Part shown: in pieces, positions 23,697 to 37,100 of the stretch | Layout: each line of letters opens with the position of its first letter | Numbering within the stretch: the first letter of the stretch is position 1 | Assembly (NCBI GenBank): GCA_973895155.1 | Contig: OZ316894.1 | Coordinates: forward strand, 21,175,867-21,239,866 | From: Marsupella aquatica | Taxonomy: Eukaryota; Plantae; Marchantiophyta | Direction: 5' to 3' | Length of the DNA stretch: 64,000 nucleotides | Position numbers and translations under genes: made by a program | The notes under the pieces: generated by a model | What the model was told of the DNA's origin: nothing | The model's input: only the letters and a program-made list of their open reading frames with translations | The model's database searches: none

Positions 23697-24407
23697 TTGA
23701 CTTACGACTTTCTTTGGGTACAGTATTTATAGTTTGTGCCTCACGGTGAGAGTGTTCGATAGTTATTGATGCTGTTTATACAAGATTTTTGTTATTCAGA
23801 GGATAGCTTTTCTATGTATAGCGGACATCCCCTCAACCTGTATTCCGGTTGTGGCTTTACAATCTGTATAAGGGTTTTGGTTGCTTTACTTCTTGCAGCT
23901 GTAGGATATTCTCAAGCAGTATGAATTGTTGATGCTGATGGCGAAATCTGATTCCGAGTTTACTTCGGTTTGTTGTCCAGGTCGCGAAAGACGTGGAAGT
24001 TGAAGGTTCAGTGTTAACACATGTTCAGTTGGCATTCGGCCACTAGTTCCGAATAAATCTCACCACCCATGTCCTGAGGTCTACGGATAAGGAAGGTGGT
24101 CTTGACGGGTATCTGCCTAACATTCCTGACCGTAAGCTAGAAAACAACAACGCCTGAAGGCTAGGCTCAGGTGGCTCAAATTGAACTCAAGCTATGAGCT
24201 GAGAAGGAATGGAGATGCGTACCATCGTGTGGACAGTCTTTGGGAGTGAAGAGGACGAAGGGACGGATAGTTGCGACGGGCGGGGTTTGACCTGCATGGA
24301 TGGATGAGGAGTTCTGCTTGGTATAGGCAGCAGCAGAAACCGGATGGATTGTCGACGATTCAATGTTGTGGAGAGTTGAAGTGTTGGGCAGGCGCTTGTT
24401 GAAGAGG

Positions 24408-26670
24408 ATGGATCCTGAGACGGAGAGGCAACTGGCGGCGATGATCATGGAAGAGTCGAGCCGACTGCGCCGTGAAGCAGAGCGTGATGGGGTGGCCGCT
24501 TATCTGAGCAAGCCCAAAATTAGGGCTCGTGCGGATCCCCAGTTTCTTCAGGCCACGGTGCGCAGCATCCAGCAATGTAGGTGCCCTTTCCTGCCCTGCA
24601 ACTCGTGTGCTCCTCCGTATTAAGTGTTCCAAATTTTCACTGATGGTCATAGCCTGTGAGGCCTTTCCAGGGGGTTCCGCTTTCCTGCTACTGCGTTTCT
24701 TGTTGTAAGGGCAGGTGAACTCCTATCCCCCTTGCCTCCGTAGGAACACCTCAATTTTGCAAGCAGCAGGGTTTTATGTCTGCAAGGGGTAATACATTGT
24801 GCATCCTCTACCCGCCAGCATAAGGTTATTCACACGGGGCAATCAAATCCGAGGGACACTAGACGCTACGGCACAAAGTTTTGTAGTTTTGCAGAATGTA
24901 TCAGTAGCCGAAAATGCTTTGGCGGTTATTGATATCTTCCACCTTATAAATGGCATTCCGGCCATTACAAACCCTCGGCTGTATTTCATATCTGCATGGC
25001 ACTTAGTTATTCTCATGAATAGACAAGGGAGTTCTTCCCACGTATGTCAAATTTATGGACTTGTCATTCTGTACAAAAACTGCGATACCGTTCGTAGCAA
25101 TAGTTAAACACTTGGAAATGTCAACCACCTTACTTTCACCCAAGGGTGACCATGTTCTCATTCTCTGCGAATTTGTGGTATTGGGAAGATTTGCAAGTAG
25201 GATATCCTCTTTAAAGTCACGATCTCAGTTGCTTATAACTTTCTGACGAGAGTATAGGATGTTGTATCTCGAACCATTATGTCGAAAATATCAGATGTGT
25301 GACAAGGGACTTGATTGTTTTCTGTCCGGGAAAGTACACAACATTGTGAGCTATAGCGCTGGACATTCATAAGGTGTTGAGTGCATTCGGAATCACTCAA
25401 ACACACCGGTAGTCTTGCAGACTGTAGCTAGAGCCACTCAGCGAGTCAGGGTGGAGATCTTGTGCTGACTTCTTCTGGAGCTGTAGGTCAGTGACAGAAA
25501 ACCTTCAATTGCTAGACTGAGGGCGGGGGGGGAGGGCTGGTTGAACATTTTGTGGACATGTAGTGAGAATTTCCTGAGCTTTGTTCTCTGAATAGTTACC
25601 AATTACTTTGAGTTTTGTTGTGATAATAAGGTGCTAAGATAGTCTGAATCAGTAGGGATGGCAGCTTATTCCAGTTGACTCATGACTGAGTTGATGTGGT
25701 TGTTTAACAGCAAACAGGATTGTAGAAGTGAATGAAATGTGGCGACGGAGGAAGGTTGAGTTGGAGAATGAGCCGGGGAAAAGTGCTCTTCGGAGGGGAA
25801 ACAATTCTTGTGGCGAATCAAGTGATAATCATGAGGACACTGGCTTGCATCGACGCCATAGGCATGATATTGATGACGAGGACAGTGGGGATGGTGGGGA
25901 TGGTGGCTTAAAAGATGATGAACTAGAGCAATTTCTGCATTCAAGGTTTGCTCTCTATCTTGTTTGGTTTCTGATGCTATTCTGCTCATTGTTTTACTAG
26001 TAGTCTTCTGAATCACTTTGTGATGGACCCAAGCTGCAACTGTCTAAGGGTTCAGTTTCTCGCGTAGGTAGTGTTCTCGAAGGACAAGTAGGTTCTCAAT
26101 GTGGTATCATGCATCAGCGGTATTATATTTAGGTCAGAGAACACATACATTTGGGGTGATGAAGGAACGTCATTCACTGCGTTTTCTATAGCTTTCCGTT
26201 TCTCCCCTCGTTTTTGGGAGGTGGGAGTACTTGTAGATAGCAGGGAATCAGAAGTTGATGTACACTCATTAAACTCCCAGTCGCGATTGCACTGCAGGCT
26301 GAAACGCGGGCGGGGAGCTGTGGGATCAAGGATGGATGAAACAGGTCCATACCAAACTTCTCAGGCCGACAAAGAATTACGTAGTGCTCCCAGGCCAGAT
26401 GAGCGACTGAAGGATGATTGGGAGGAGCGGATAATTGGCCCTCAGGCTGGGCCTTCTGTGAATGGAAGACAGACCGGAGGCTGGGATCGAGAAAGTTGGA
26501 AGAGAAAGCAGAGAGATTCCAGCGACGAGGAAGCGGTAAAGGAAGAGGCACGTGCGAGGAGAAGAAACGACAGGAAAGAGAAGAACCCAAAGGGAGAGAG
26601 GGACTCAAAGAGAGCCTCAAGGAAGAAGAAGAGGAAAAAGTTGGAGAAGTCCTCCAAGAGGAGAAAATAG
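24408..26670 (+). CDS. Conserved uncharacterised plant nuclear protein (AT4G33690-like, from recall) with basic C-terminus; exons 24408-24576, 25711-25945, 26298-26670
   Basis: MDPETERQLAAMIMEESSRLRREAERDGVAAYL...QFLQATVRSIQQ|SNRIVEVNEMW...GLKDDELEQFLHSR|LKRGRGAVGSRMDETGPY...RKKKRKK. GT-AG introns are in phase. Confidence 0.85.
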
Positions 26671-28109
26671 TCACATTGTACATTATTGCAATACCAACTA
26701 TGTGGCGTTACTTTTTCCTGATATGGCCGTTCCTTGTACAGCATAGGTCCTTGCCACCACTTGATAAATGGTGAGTTCGATCCCTTACTATGTTTCATTC
26801 AAATCGGGTTGTCCAGTTCAAATTTGGTCCTTCATGACAGATAAACCTTCTGCCCCTGTTCCTCCCTGTCACACGCGAAGGAGTGGTGCGACCCTCTGAT
26901 TGAAAGGCTGATCAATCTATCAGGTGGATATCACTTTCACAGGTGATTGTGTCTCGGGAATTTGTAGCTGCCTGCATGGGAAGTTGAGACGTTTTGTCGG
27001 AACAAGAGCCTTGGCATGGCTGAACAGAGAGTTCCTATTCGTGTCAGTGCTGGACTCCACGATTAGGTACCATTCAAGAAGGATACAAGATGAGTTTGAA
27101 TCGAAGATTTGTATCTTCAATTGTATGTGAATAATCGTCCTCAGATGAGCAGATAACTTGTGCACAGTAACACAAGGGAGGAAGTTATTGGTGTTGCAAA
27201 TATGCCCAGTCTTGTAGTTTTTCCCTAGACCAAGGCATTGTAATGTGGTTTGGCTGAGATTACGAAATGTAAATAGCAAATGTAAATAGTGTACATGATC
27301 CGGCAAAGTTTACCAAGTAAAAGCTGCCCTGTCCTTACAGAATGTCGTATTGAATAGAGCAGTCACCTTCGATGCCGTGACAAGTGACCCGGTTGTGAAA
27401 GACCCGGAAGAGTAGTTTCACATATTCTCACAATGGTTTTTATGATGCCTCCCAACCCTGGCGTTGGTACTCCTTAATCTGGAGATACAAAACTTTGAAA
27501 GAATGACTTGGCACTATCCTTTCGAGTCATGGAACCTCATAAATGTGCCTCCAGTGACAGGAGTTTGATCTCCTGACTTTAGGAAAATGACTTTCTACTC
27601 CCATTGTGGAGAAAGCTTGGCTCAGACAAGTTTGCCCTGACCCTTGCCAAATGTGGCGGAAAGTGATTTAAAAAAAAGATGGGATCAAACGAACTACCAG
27701 CAACAATTCCAACTCTCATACCCCCCTTCCCAAATGTATTTTAAATTCCGAAGATGAGTAAAAAAGATAGGATCAAAACAACCACCAGTAATAATTCCAA
27801 GTCTCATACACTTTATTGACGTTCGACATATGTGGCGATGCAAGATGTTGAAATGCAAGATGAAAGAAATTCGCAAGATGAAAGAAATTCGAGTGTCAAA
27901 CAGATGGTTGAGATATCTGTCATCAACACAAACATAATTTCGCCTTTCTTTCCATTACATAAAAGCTTGATGTCAGATAGCAACGTTAATTGCCTATACA
28001 GTCATAGCTATACACATGCCACCTCGCAACAACAGTGACCAGCCACTACTGCATGTAAAATTGTTGTGACTTCTGCAGCAACTAATGCCACAGCATCAAT
28101 GTGAGGGCC

Positions 28110-31100
28110 TTAATCGTAATCATGCTGTCCTCCAATAAGCTGATTCACGGCAAACAAGCTCTGCAGTATACATCACATGATAACACGCACAAAAAATTAG
28201 CTGCCCTTCAAGATGTCCTAATTGTGATATGCCAATTCAAAGAGATAACCAATACTTTCATCAACTAATTCTAAAACATGAAGACAAATACCTCCAAGGT
28301 TTTATGTTTACTAAACATTGTGAGCTGATGATACTTTAAAATGCACCAACATGACTCACAACTTTTTCTCACGACAAATGAGAGTATACCCTGAACTCCA
28401 TGATTCCACTTAACGGCTCCAATGCATTGATTGTGAATAGTTAGTTCGTTCAAACGTAGCTCAGGGTTTTGCAACTCACTTGTTCAATATGCCTAACAAG
28501 CTTTCCCAGTTTGGAGACTAGAGCTCCATTCCTTCCTGTACCATCTAGTTCACTAGCGCCATTTTGCACATGTGTCTGAAAGATCTTCAAGTGAAGTTTA
28601 GAGGCGTCATGAGCTGCAACGAGAGATGGGCAGGCATCTATCTTTTTTAGCACTGAAGCGATCCTCTTCTCAGTAGAAGTCAAGATCCAAAGTGTAGAAG
28701 CAGCATTGGCTCGGGCTTCCAAACTGGAGCTCTCCAACGATTTTACAAGCAGTGGGAGTGTGCGCTCATTGCATAAGAAGAAGAATCGAGTTTCTCGACA
28801 GAATGCCAAGTTGCGCAACAAGAACAAAGCTGAGCTGCTGGCTGGGACATAGTGTGTCTGCTCTACTGTATCCAACACCTGCGACATAAAAGGCAGTAGA
28901 AAGATGTAAACTCAAGCACACCGGCCTAGCTATAAAACCCCCCATTTAGTTTCTTTGCGTTTGTGCGAAATACATACAAGTTGAATACACGGACATCCCA
29001 GACAAGTACCTGACAATTTTCAGATCCTCTGATTATTATAGGTGGGAGGCATTACCAAATCAAGCATGCTGCCATCAGACAGCCCCTTTGAAAGCATCTT
29101 CTGACCGTTTGGATACACAGATACATTGATCAAAAGCTGCAGTAACAGGTGCTGTCGTAGCACATCGTTGTTGTGCACACTCTGGCGATAGTGTTGGAGG
29201 AATTCTGCAAGGTACTGCTTTCTAAGAAAAATCGCTCTTGCTTTTGCCATGGTCACCAGAATTTGCAGCAACCCAACAGCAAGCGTATATGTTAGCTGTT
29301 CTGAAGGACAACGGAGCACAATGACTGTGGCGTAGTCCAAGAGGCTACCCCCCTTTCCACCTTGGCATATTTGAGTTTGGCAAGCCATGGCTTCTTTGGC
29401 TGCATCACTTTGAGCGGCCAGGTTACATAGTAAGCCTAGGATTTCATTCAACAGATCTTCTTCTGATAGAGCAAAACCCCAAATTAGGCGAATGAAATCA
29501 AATATTCCCTCACCACCGCATGCTTCTGCTGCCAGAGGGTTTTCAAAAACTAGGTTTTTGAGTAAGCGGAAGTAGACTATCAGCTCTCCAAGAAGTAGGC
29601 TACGATGGTGCTCGCTTAGCTTGCCCTGCTTAGCTTTCCGTGACCAAATTGAAGGTCGAACTGGCTGAGTGACCAGTTTTGGTACTTTGTTACAAGGCTT
29701 AGACCTGTGGTTGTTAGAATTTCCCAGCGTTGTGGTAAGGACATTCCTCATAGGTGCAAGGCCACAGGAACCCAAGAGAGCATACGCCTCGTATGCATGC
29801 ACGACCAATTTAGATGGTAGATCTGAATCGACAGCAAATTCTCTTGCCTGAGAGCTGAAGTCACAAGCAACAAATGGTTTTCCAAAAGTAAGAATGGTTT
29901 TCCACAATATATTGATATGTGTGGATGCTCCAACAAATAACAGTCAATAGGGAAACCTATTTCGTACGCATCGGTGCAAAAGGAACAATGGTCTAAATCT
30001 GGATCAAAGCAGGTGACTCAAATGGAATACGGTCAATATCGAACAACAGAACTCCTTAAAGTATAAACCATAATCTTGCTCTCTACATCTGATCGAAGGT
30101 TGTTGACATATGGTGAGGAAATGAAGAAAGTTTAGAGTGTAGTGCAGAAAGCATGACTGCATCAATAGCCCTGCCAAGTCTTAATCGATTCATGTTTCAC
30201 GATTCGGCTTGTTCCTATTCTTCTTGGGGTGTTGCAAGAATCCAACTATCGTCTTCAGCTGTGCGGCAAATCAAGCTTTACTAGGGAAGAACCTAACCCT
30301 GAAAGAAAACATGAGAGCCTACACACAGAAAGCACGTTAATAAAAGTGAACCTAAAGAGCACCCAAAGAATCGGACAGATTTCCTCAGTCAGAGGAGTAC
30401 CTGAAAGAAATAAGATTTTGCAGCGCGACACCAACGGTAAAGAGAATAGTGTAGAGAAAAACGAGAATGTCTCCGTTGTGAGAGACTGTGTGTTTCCGAC
30501 CCAGCTCATGTATCTCCTTCATGATCAATAAAAACGAGTTGTATAGCTGCAACCATGTAGCATACATTTAGGCTATCCGCACCATTCATAAAGTCCATTT
30601 TATATGCAAGGGTCTTTGCCTGGAACTATCCGGACAGAAAGAATCTCAAAGCTTCCTGAAGGTGATATTGATGGAGATCAGCTGACCTCACGTGATGAAG
30701 GATAGAAGACAGCAAAACTTACAATAGGCGCAAGATGCAGCGGCTTTTGATTCCCAACGCTGGAGGTAGTCTCCCAATAGTCCACTCGATCATTCTCTAG
30801 AACAGCTTTTGCAAGATTCTCCTCCGAGAGAAACGTGGCTAGAAGTGCACAAACTGCCAACTGCACCCTACGTAATAATACACTCAGAATCCTTCCAGTG
30901 TCATTCTGTCCAGCACTGGGTAGGTCCTTTATGAGTGGTGCCCTCGCAAGGATTCGTGAAATGATTCTGCACACTCCAGACTTCCCCAAAATTTCACCAA
31001 GAGATTTGTGAAACCCAGACTGGAATGATAAACCACCTCGTAGTGGCCTTCCTTGAGATTTTCCCTCCCTCAAATTTAAGGACACTATGTCACTAACTCG

Positions 31101-34100
31101 AACGTGATTGATTGCTCGATGTGGTGGTGCGGCAGCTTGTAGCAATTGTGATACCACAAGATTAAGAGCTTCTGAAACATGGAATATAGCTTCAAGTCGC
31201 TCATATTCTGTTACACTATAGAGGTTTTCTTCATGGTAACACTCCACCATATCGTGCCCTTCTATCCTGGCGCCTCCAGATTTACTATCCCGGTAACAAC
31301 CGGCCATACCGAGAGGTGGGCAACCCAAACAGTAAGACAGAGCACAAAGAAGTTTTGCAACAACAAATTCGTTTTGAACCAAGGACTGAATTTGGACATC
31401 TTCTTGCTGGGAAAGAATGCAAATAATCTCTGCTATATACCCTTTAGCACTACATATGTCGGGGGAATGCACGCACTTTGGTACATTTTCTCTGGCGTTT
31501 TCTGTTCCAAACTCCAAGTACTCGATCATCAAATCAAATGCACATGGGTTTAGGGAAAGTTTGCTTTTGATGAAGCCTAAATCTGAAACTGTCAGCTTGA
31601 GGATCAGCTCGAGCAAAACACGATGGAAACCAGGAGTGCCATTGCTCTCTTCTAGCATTCTGGTAAATACTGACCAGAATTTGTATCTTTGTAAAGCAGC
31701 ATTAACACCAAGGCTGTCGATTCTTTCAAACCCAGCAGGCATTGAATTCCTTTCCACAATTGAAGATAATCGTCGTCCACTGCTCCAAATAGTAGTTGAG
31801 ATGAGAAAGCGCAGAGCCTCCTGACGGACAGCATAACATTCCTGGGTGTTCAATATAGTGTGCACAGCTACGTCTCCAAGTTCTGGCCAATTTTGCTCTA
31901 GCAGGGCCCTTATTTTGACAGTGACTGGAGATGCCAAGACTGCCAGAATTCCAAATCCCATCCCTCTAATGGTTGCTTCTTGATCATCCAGAAGTCTCGA
32001 AAGCCAATACGTAATTCCAGTAGATGACCAGAGTTCTTCCCAAAGATGAGGGGGGACACAGGATGTGACTGACCAGAGACAAGACACAATCTCACGCACT
32101 AAATACTTGTGTCTAAGCGAAAGACAGTGATGGGAGTGAAGATGAGCCATGTGTTTGATCAAAGGTAATACTACGTCAACCAGCTCGGTTCCAATGGTAT
32201 CCCACAAACTGTCTCCATTCTCCTCCATGCTTGCTGATTCTTGTTGCCGTATCTCATTCTCACCATGTAAGTTCCTTAGATCACCATCCCCTGGTTCGGA
32301 TGAAGCCTCACTTGAACTTTCCTTGTCCTTCTGATGTGAGTATCGTGGCGGATAACCATCACTCCTCAAAGCAGCAGCAATCCCCTTGGCAACAAGTGAA
32401 ACACACTGCACTGCCAAGACACAGCAGAGGTATGGAGCGCTTGGGCCTTTTATAAACTTCGAAAGTAGCACTGGAAGCAAGCTTGTACCCTGCAAAACAT
32501 GCCAATCTAGGACAAATTTACCTACACAATCTAGGAAGGCCAGCAATGAGAGTAAAGGTATTCCAGAAATATATTCAGGACCATAGGCACATTTGGAGTA
32601 AATAAACCTCATTGAAAAAGGAACCTTGGAGCATTCTCTGAGCTAAGGTTATATTGAATCGCTGCTCAAGAAATCCAGGGAGTCATAAAGCTGTTGAGGG
32701 AATCAAACCTTTGCCAGAGCAACTGCTGTCTGACCGAATAAACTTGCATCTCCATGCTCTTTTGAGCAAAGTAAGATATCAACAAACAGCCTCAAAATAG
32801 TGAAATCCATATCACATGCGGGATATCCTTCAATTAGGACAATTGCATGATGTAGATTTGCCCCTGAATTGAAACGAAAATATCGAACTCAGTACAATTA
32901 CATGTGATGTATGATGTGAACAAAAACAAAGAAATGCCTTTGGCGTTCGTCTTCAATACTGTATCCCAGCAATTTTGTATTCAACAATCATGAACAGCAA
33001 AAGCAGTACCAACTCTTGGAGTTGGACTCTTGGCAAGTATGGGTAGGAGAATCTGCTTGGACACCATTGTCATGAAAAGTAGGCCTGAGTAGCCTGAAGA
33101 TTTTGAGCTGATGATAATCTGTACAAGCCTAAGTACCTGCAAAAAAGGATTTCTCAAAAGCGGAATATATTTTCTTCACATGCTCAGCAATTTAGAGACA
33201 ATAATGACATTCATATGCACGATGCTTTCCATCTCATTAGCTTCATGTCTATTTAGCACTATGTCCGATGTTACGGCACAATTGGACAGAAAGTATTTAA
33301 TGCTGTGACAAGAAGAGTCTGTCACCTTCAATAGTTGTGCAGATTCCGCTAGACTTGAAGGAATTCTGGTCAGGAATCGTTGAAAAGTCATAACCCAAGA
33401 AGATCTTGCTAACATCTTTGCTGCCTTCACAGGTACCATCAATGTTAAAGCCATTCCATTCTTGACTGAGCACAAATGCTGCTGACTCCAGGACTTCCGT
33501 TTTTTCCCTCCGTTACCAGGACAATTTTGTGGGCAATTGAGCTTTCAGATCTCACTTGTATGTAAATTTCTAGTCATGATTAGAGAATGTTTGCTTACTT
33601 TGGTTCTGTCTATCAAACAAGAAAATGTTACACGTCTTAGCTTCGGTAACAGTAGGAAGACATCGAATTTAGAGGCCACTCCCTGGACACTTGAAGCTCT
33701 GCTCACAAGGTGGCTGCTTAAGAAAAAGCACTAAGAAGTTTTAAAGCCAATTGAACCGGCACATTTACTAAGATGAAGCCCTCTCATCCTATATCTCAGC
33801 TCACTTCTCCACTCCTGTACATAGAAGTGTTTTCTAGGACTGAAATTTAATTGGGGTGCATATCGTGCATTTCAAAGAGACAAAGAGCTTTCTACTAGAA
33901 GTGTCTTTTGAACGATTTAGCACGTACAAGCTTGCGCTACAAAATGTCCTACAAGAAGACTCACCTGTGGATGGCGGAAGCATTGAGTTTCAAGTTCTTC
34001 CAGAAGCCGAGTCTCCGATCCCCAGCACTAAAATTTAACCAGGTCCTTTACTTAGTACTCCTTCCGTCGCAGTTAAAGCGGAACACTTGAATTAAACTTA

Positions 34101-37100
34101 CAAGTCGTAAAATGGTTGAATCCTTTTTTTAAACTGAGGGAATCTATCTGCGTGCCAGCCATTGTTAGACTAGAAATAGCCCAATGTAGAAGACTATTTA
34201 TAGGCAGGCCTAGCGAATGAACAAAGTTGCTGAAGTGACTTCAAAATGAAATTTTAATAATGAAAATCAAATCCCAACTTTTGCGAACATGCATGGCCTC
34301 ATAGATGGTCAAGAAGAGGACATACAAGTTGGGGATCTGTTAGTAACTTGAGAAGCTTTTTGACTGTTATATCTGCGTGAAGCACAGAAAGACATGCCAT
34401 CGCTTGCAGCTCCACTGTTCGCAGTTGGTCCCCCGCCGATGCAACCCTGCTTTCAAGTGATATTAGCAAGTTCTCAGATCCTCCTGCAACAGTTACAAAA
34501 TGAGTGTAAGGAGATTTAGTCCCCAAAACATATGGCGTTTTCTATACTTCTTGCAACACTGCGAGGAGGGCTGGCGAGGAGGACCCTACCCTTGAGGAGA
34601 ACAGATTGAGCTATGACACGGTGGATTAGCTTCTCATCCACCAGGCTTTCAGCAGAACTTTTTACTGCCGGTCTCACGGCTACACAAACTACCCTGCATG
34701 GGAAGAGATGTCCGCCGACAAATGGGAAAGGGACAGCAATCCGGATGTCACGATCAGTCGAATGAAGGTTTGCACCAATAATGTCCTTCGTTGTTGAGAA
34801 CGGATACTGATTGGGATCATGATCAAACACGATCTGCACATATGGATAATTACTCAGATTTGTCCAGTTAAAGTAGAAGCTTACTTAAGCCATACTCAAG
34901 CAGTGGAAAAGACAATCATATATTACATATATATATTGTAATATATGTAATTACAATATATCTAAGTACTGAAAAGAATCGACGTAACTTCTGAACGTCT
35001 AATTAGAGCTTCGGAGGGATGATTTACCTCCTTCAAGCCCCTGAGCAGCAGATCCGAGCTAAAGAGAGTGAAGGCAAGAAGCAATGCCATGTCTTTTCTG
35101 ACACATTCAAAAGGATGGAACACAAGAGGGATGAGCAACCATAAGACTTTGCATGAGTCTCCAATCAGCAAGTCTCGCAAATTTGGTACTCCGTACGAAG
35201 CTGAAGCTGGTGCCAATCTTGCGAGTAAACTCAAGCATGCGATTCCCAAGTCAGTAGGACCTGTACCAAGACTGTCCATCTTCTCAGGACTACAATGTCT
35301 ACGCCTGTCGCTGGATACATCAGCAAAACCTTCTGAAGGCTTGTCCCCCATTCTCATCCAATCAAAAATCTCTACGATCAAAACCTTGAAGAGCTCCTCA
35401 TCGTTATCCAAAATCTCTCTCAAAGATTGATCTTGAATAAGCCATGTCAAATGCTCCACTGCCGTCTTTCGGATGGCTTCAGCTACTGAATGAGACTTGA
35501 ATATACCTAGCAGTTCTTCCACTTTCTTTTGTCCACCTGCTGGAATTTCACGTTTTTCACCTCTTTCCTCTTTTTCGGAAGGTCCAAACGCCATGGAGAA
35601 CAATGTTGCCTCCTTGAACTTAAGACACTTCTGAAATGGATCTTTAAGACATTGGAATGGGTCGTCTGGGGGAATGTCAATAGATCTTTGAGAAAAACCG
35701 TTTGAATGTAGCTCAGAGCTCTTCAATTTTCTCAACCACCAGCAAGACTCCTCCAAGGTGCAAAACTGTCTCAAGATCATCAATAGCTCAGTTGAAACCC
35801 TGTAACGCTCAGAAGTGCAAGAGCTAAACAAAGACCGTAAGGTACATGAGAGTTGTGCCCATTCAAGTCTTAATTTGTTCCCAATCTGAGAACTTCGTTC
35901 TTTCTGCAAACACGGCTTGGCGGCAAAGAGGATGGAATTCAATTTTTCTACGATTTGCAAAATATCCGGTGAGCGGTATGCACTACATGCTATCCATGGA
36001 TACCCAGGAAAAAGATACTTGTATTCAGTGTCAGATATCTCTCCAACCAGATGTTCCAAGAGTACGGCTGATTGCTGCACGTAGATACAAAGGCGTACTT
36101 GCTTAGCTTCAGCAGCCATAGTGAGCACACACAGCGGCTCACGTTATCAGCGCGTGATAAATGAAGCACATAGAATTAAAAAGTAAGAAGCTCGTAAAGG
36201 AAATCATAGTTTCCAAACTTAGGATTCTGAAAAGATAAATTGCAAGAGCTAGTCCAATCAATAAACTTCATGAAGACTTTTTCATGTAACACCGCTCTAG
36301 AAAAACATGTCAATTCTTGGAAACTAGAAGATTCTCACAACGACAGCTACATTTATTCCTCTGGTCAAAGAAAGTATTTATAACCTTGCAAGTTGCTGTA
36401 TCATGCAGACCAGTTGCTATAATCTCACCCATGATGGAAGTGCCAAATATGAGCAATCTGTGAAGGACACTCAAAGGTCGAAGTTCTCCATTTCTGCAAT
36501 GAAACATGTGCTCGGACTCATCGCTACCAATGCAGATCCTGAGATCCCCCACTGCACATGCTTCTTCGCAACCGGATGCTAATTGAGGCTTCAAGTGGCT
36601 GTGCTGCTGAGCCAGCCATCTCTCCTTTGAAGATACCTCCAACAGGGAGTCATACGCAACTTGACAGATAGATGCTGTGGTGTGAGAAAGGAGCAGCCAA
36701 ATCAAGTTTCTAGCAAGCCCAATGACAGCTTCTAGTGCGACACTTCTGGACGGTTGAATGCTGCCGTCATCTTTTTCACTGCCCATCTGATGTTTTGCAT
36801 TTCCTCGACAAGCGTTGACTAATTCTATCCTGAGGACATCCGGTATAATATGTAATATCCTTGGAATCAGATATCTGTGATTGAAATAAGAATAATTGGG
36901 GACAGCTTGAATCATGCACTTGAGAAGCATCTCTGTATTAATCATCATAGATGCATTAAGTCGCTTAGCCTTCCAATGTGCAACGGCTTCTTCAGATGAG
37001 GCTAGTTCTTTGACAAGAACATGAAGAGTAAACGATGCCTCTGTTGCACGCGTATAGCTGTCGAAAAATTCAGGACTTAAATACTTCAAATATGGGGAAA

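Noticed and set aside
23765-23960. Further snoRNAs downstream of snoRNA B (ttatacaagatt/aatctgtataa stem, CTGA motifs)
   Set aside because: No canonical C box or H/ACA spacing and no rRNA complement recognised.
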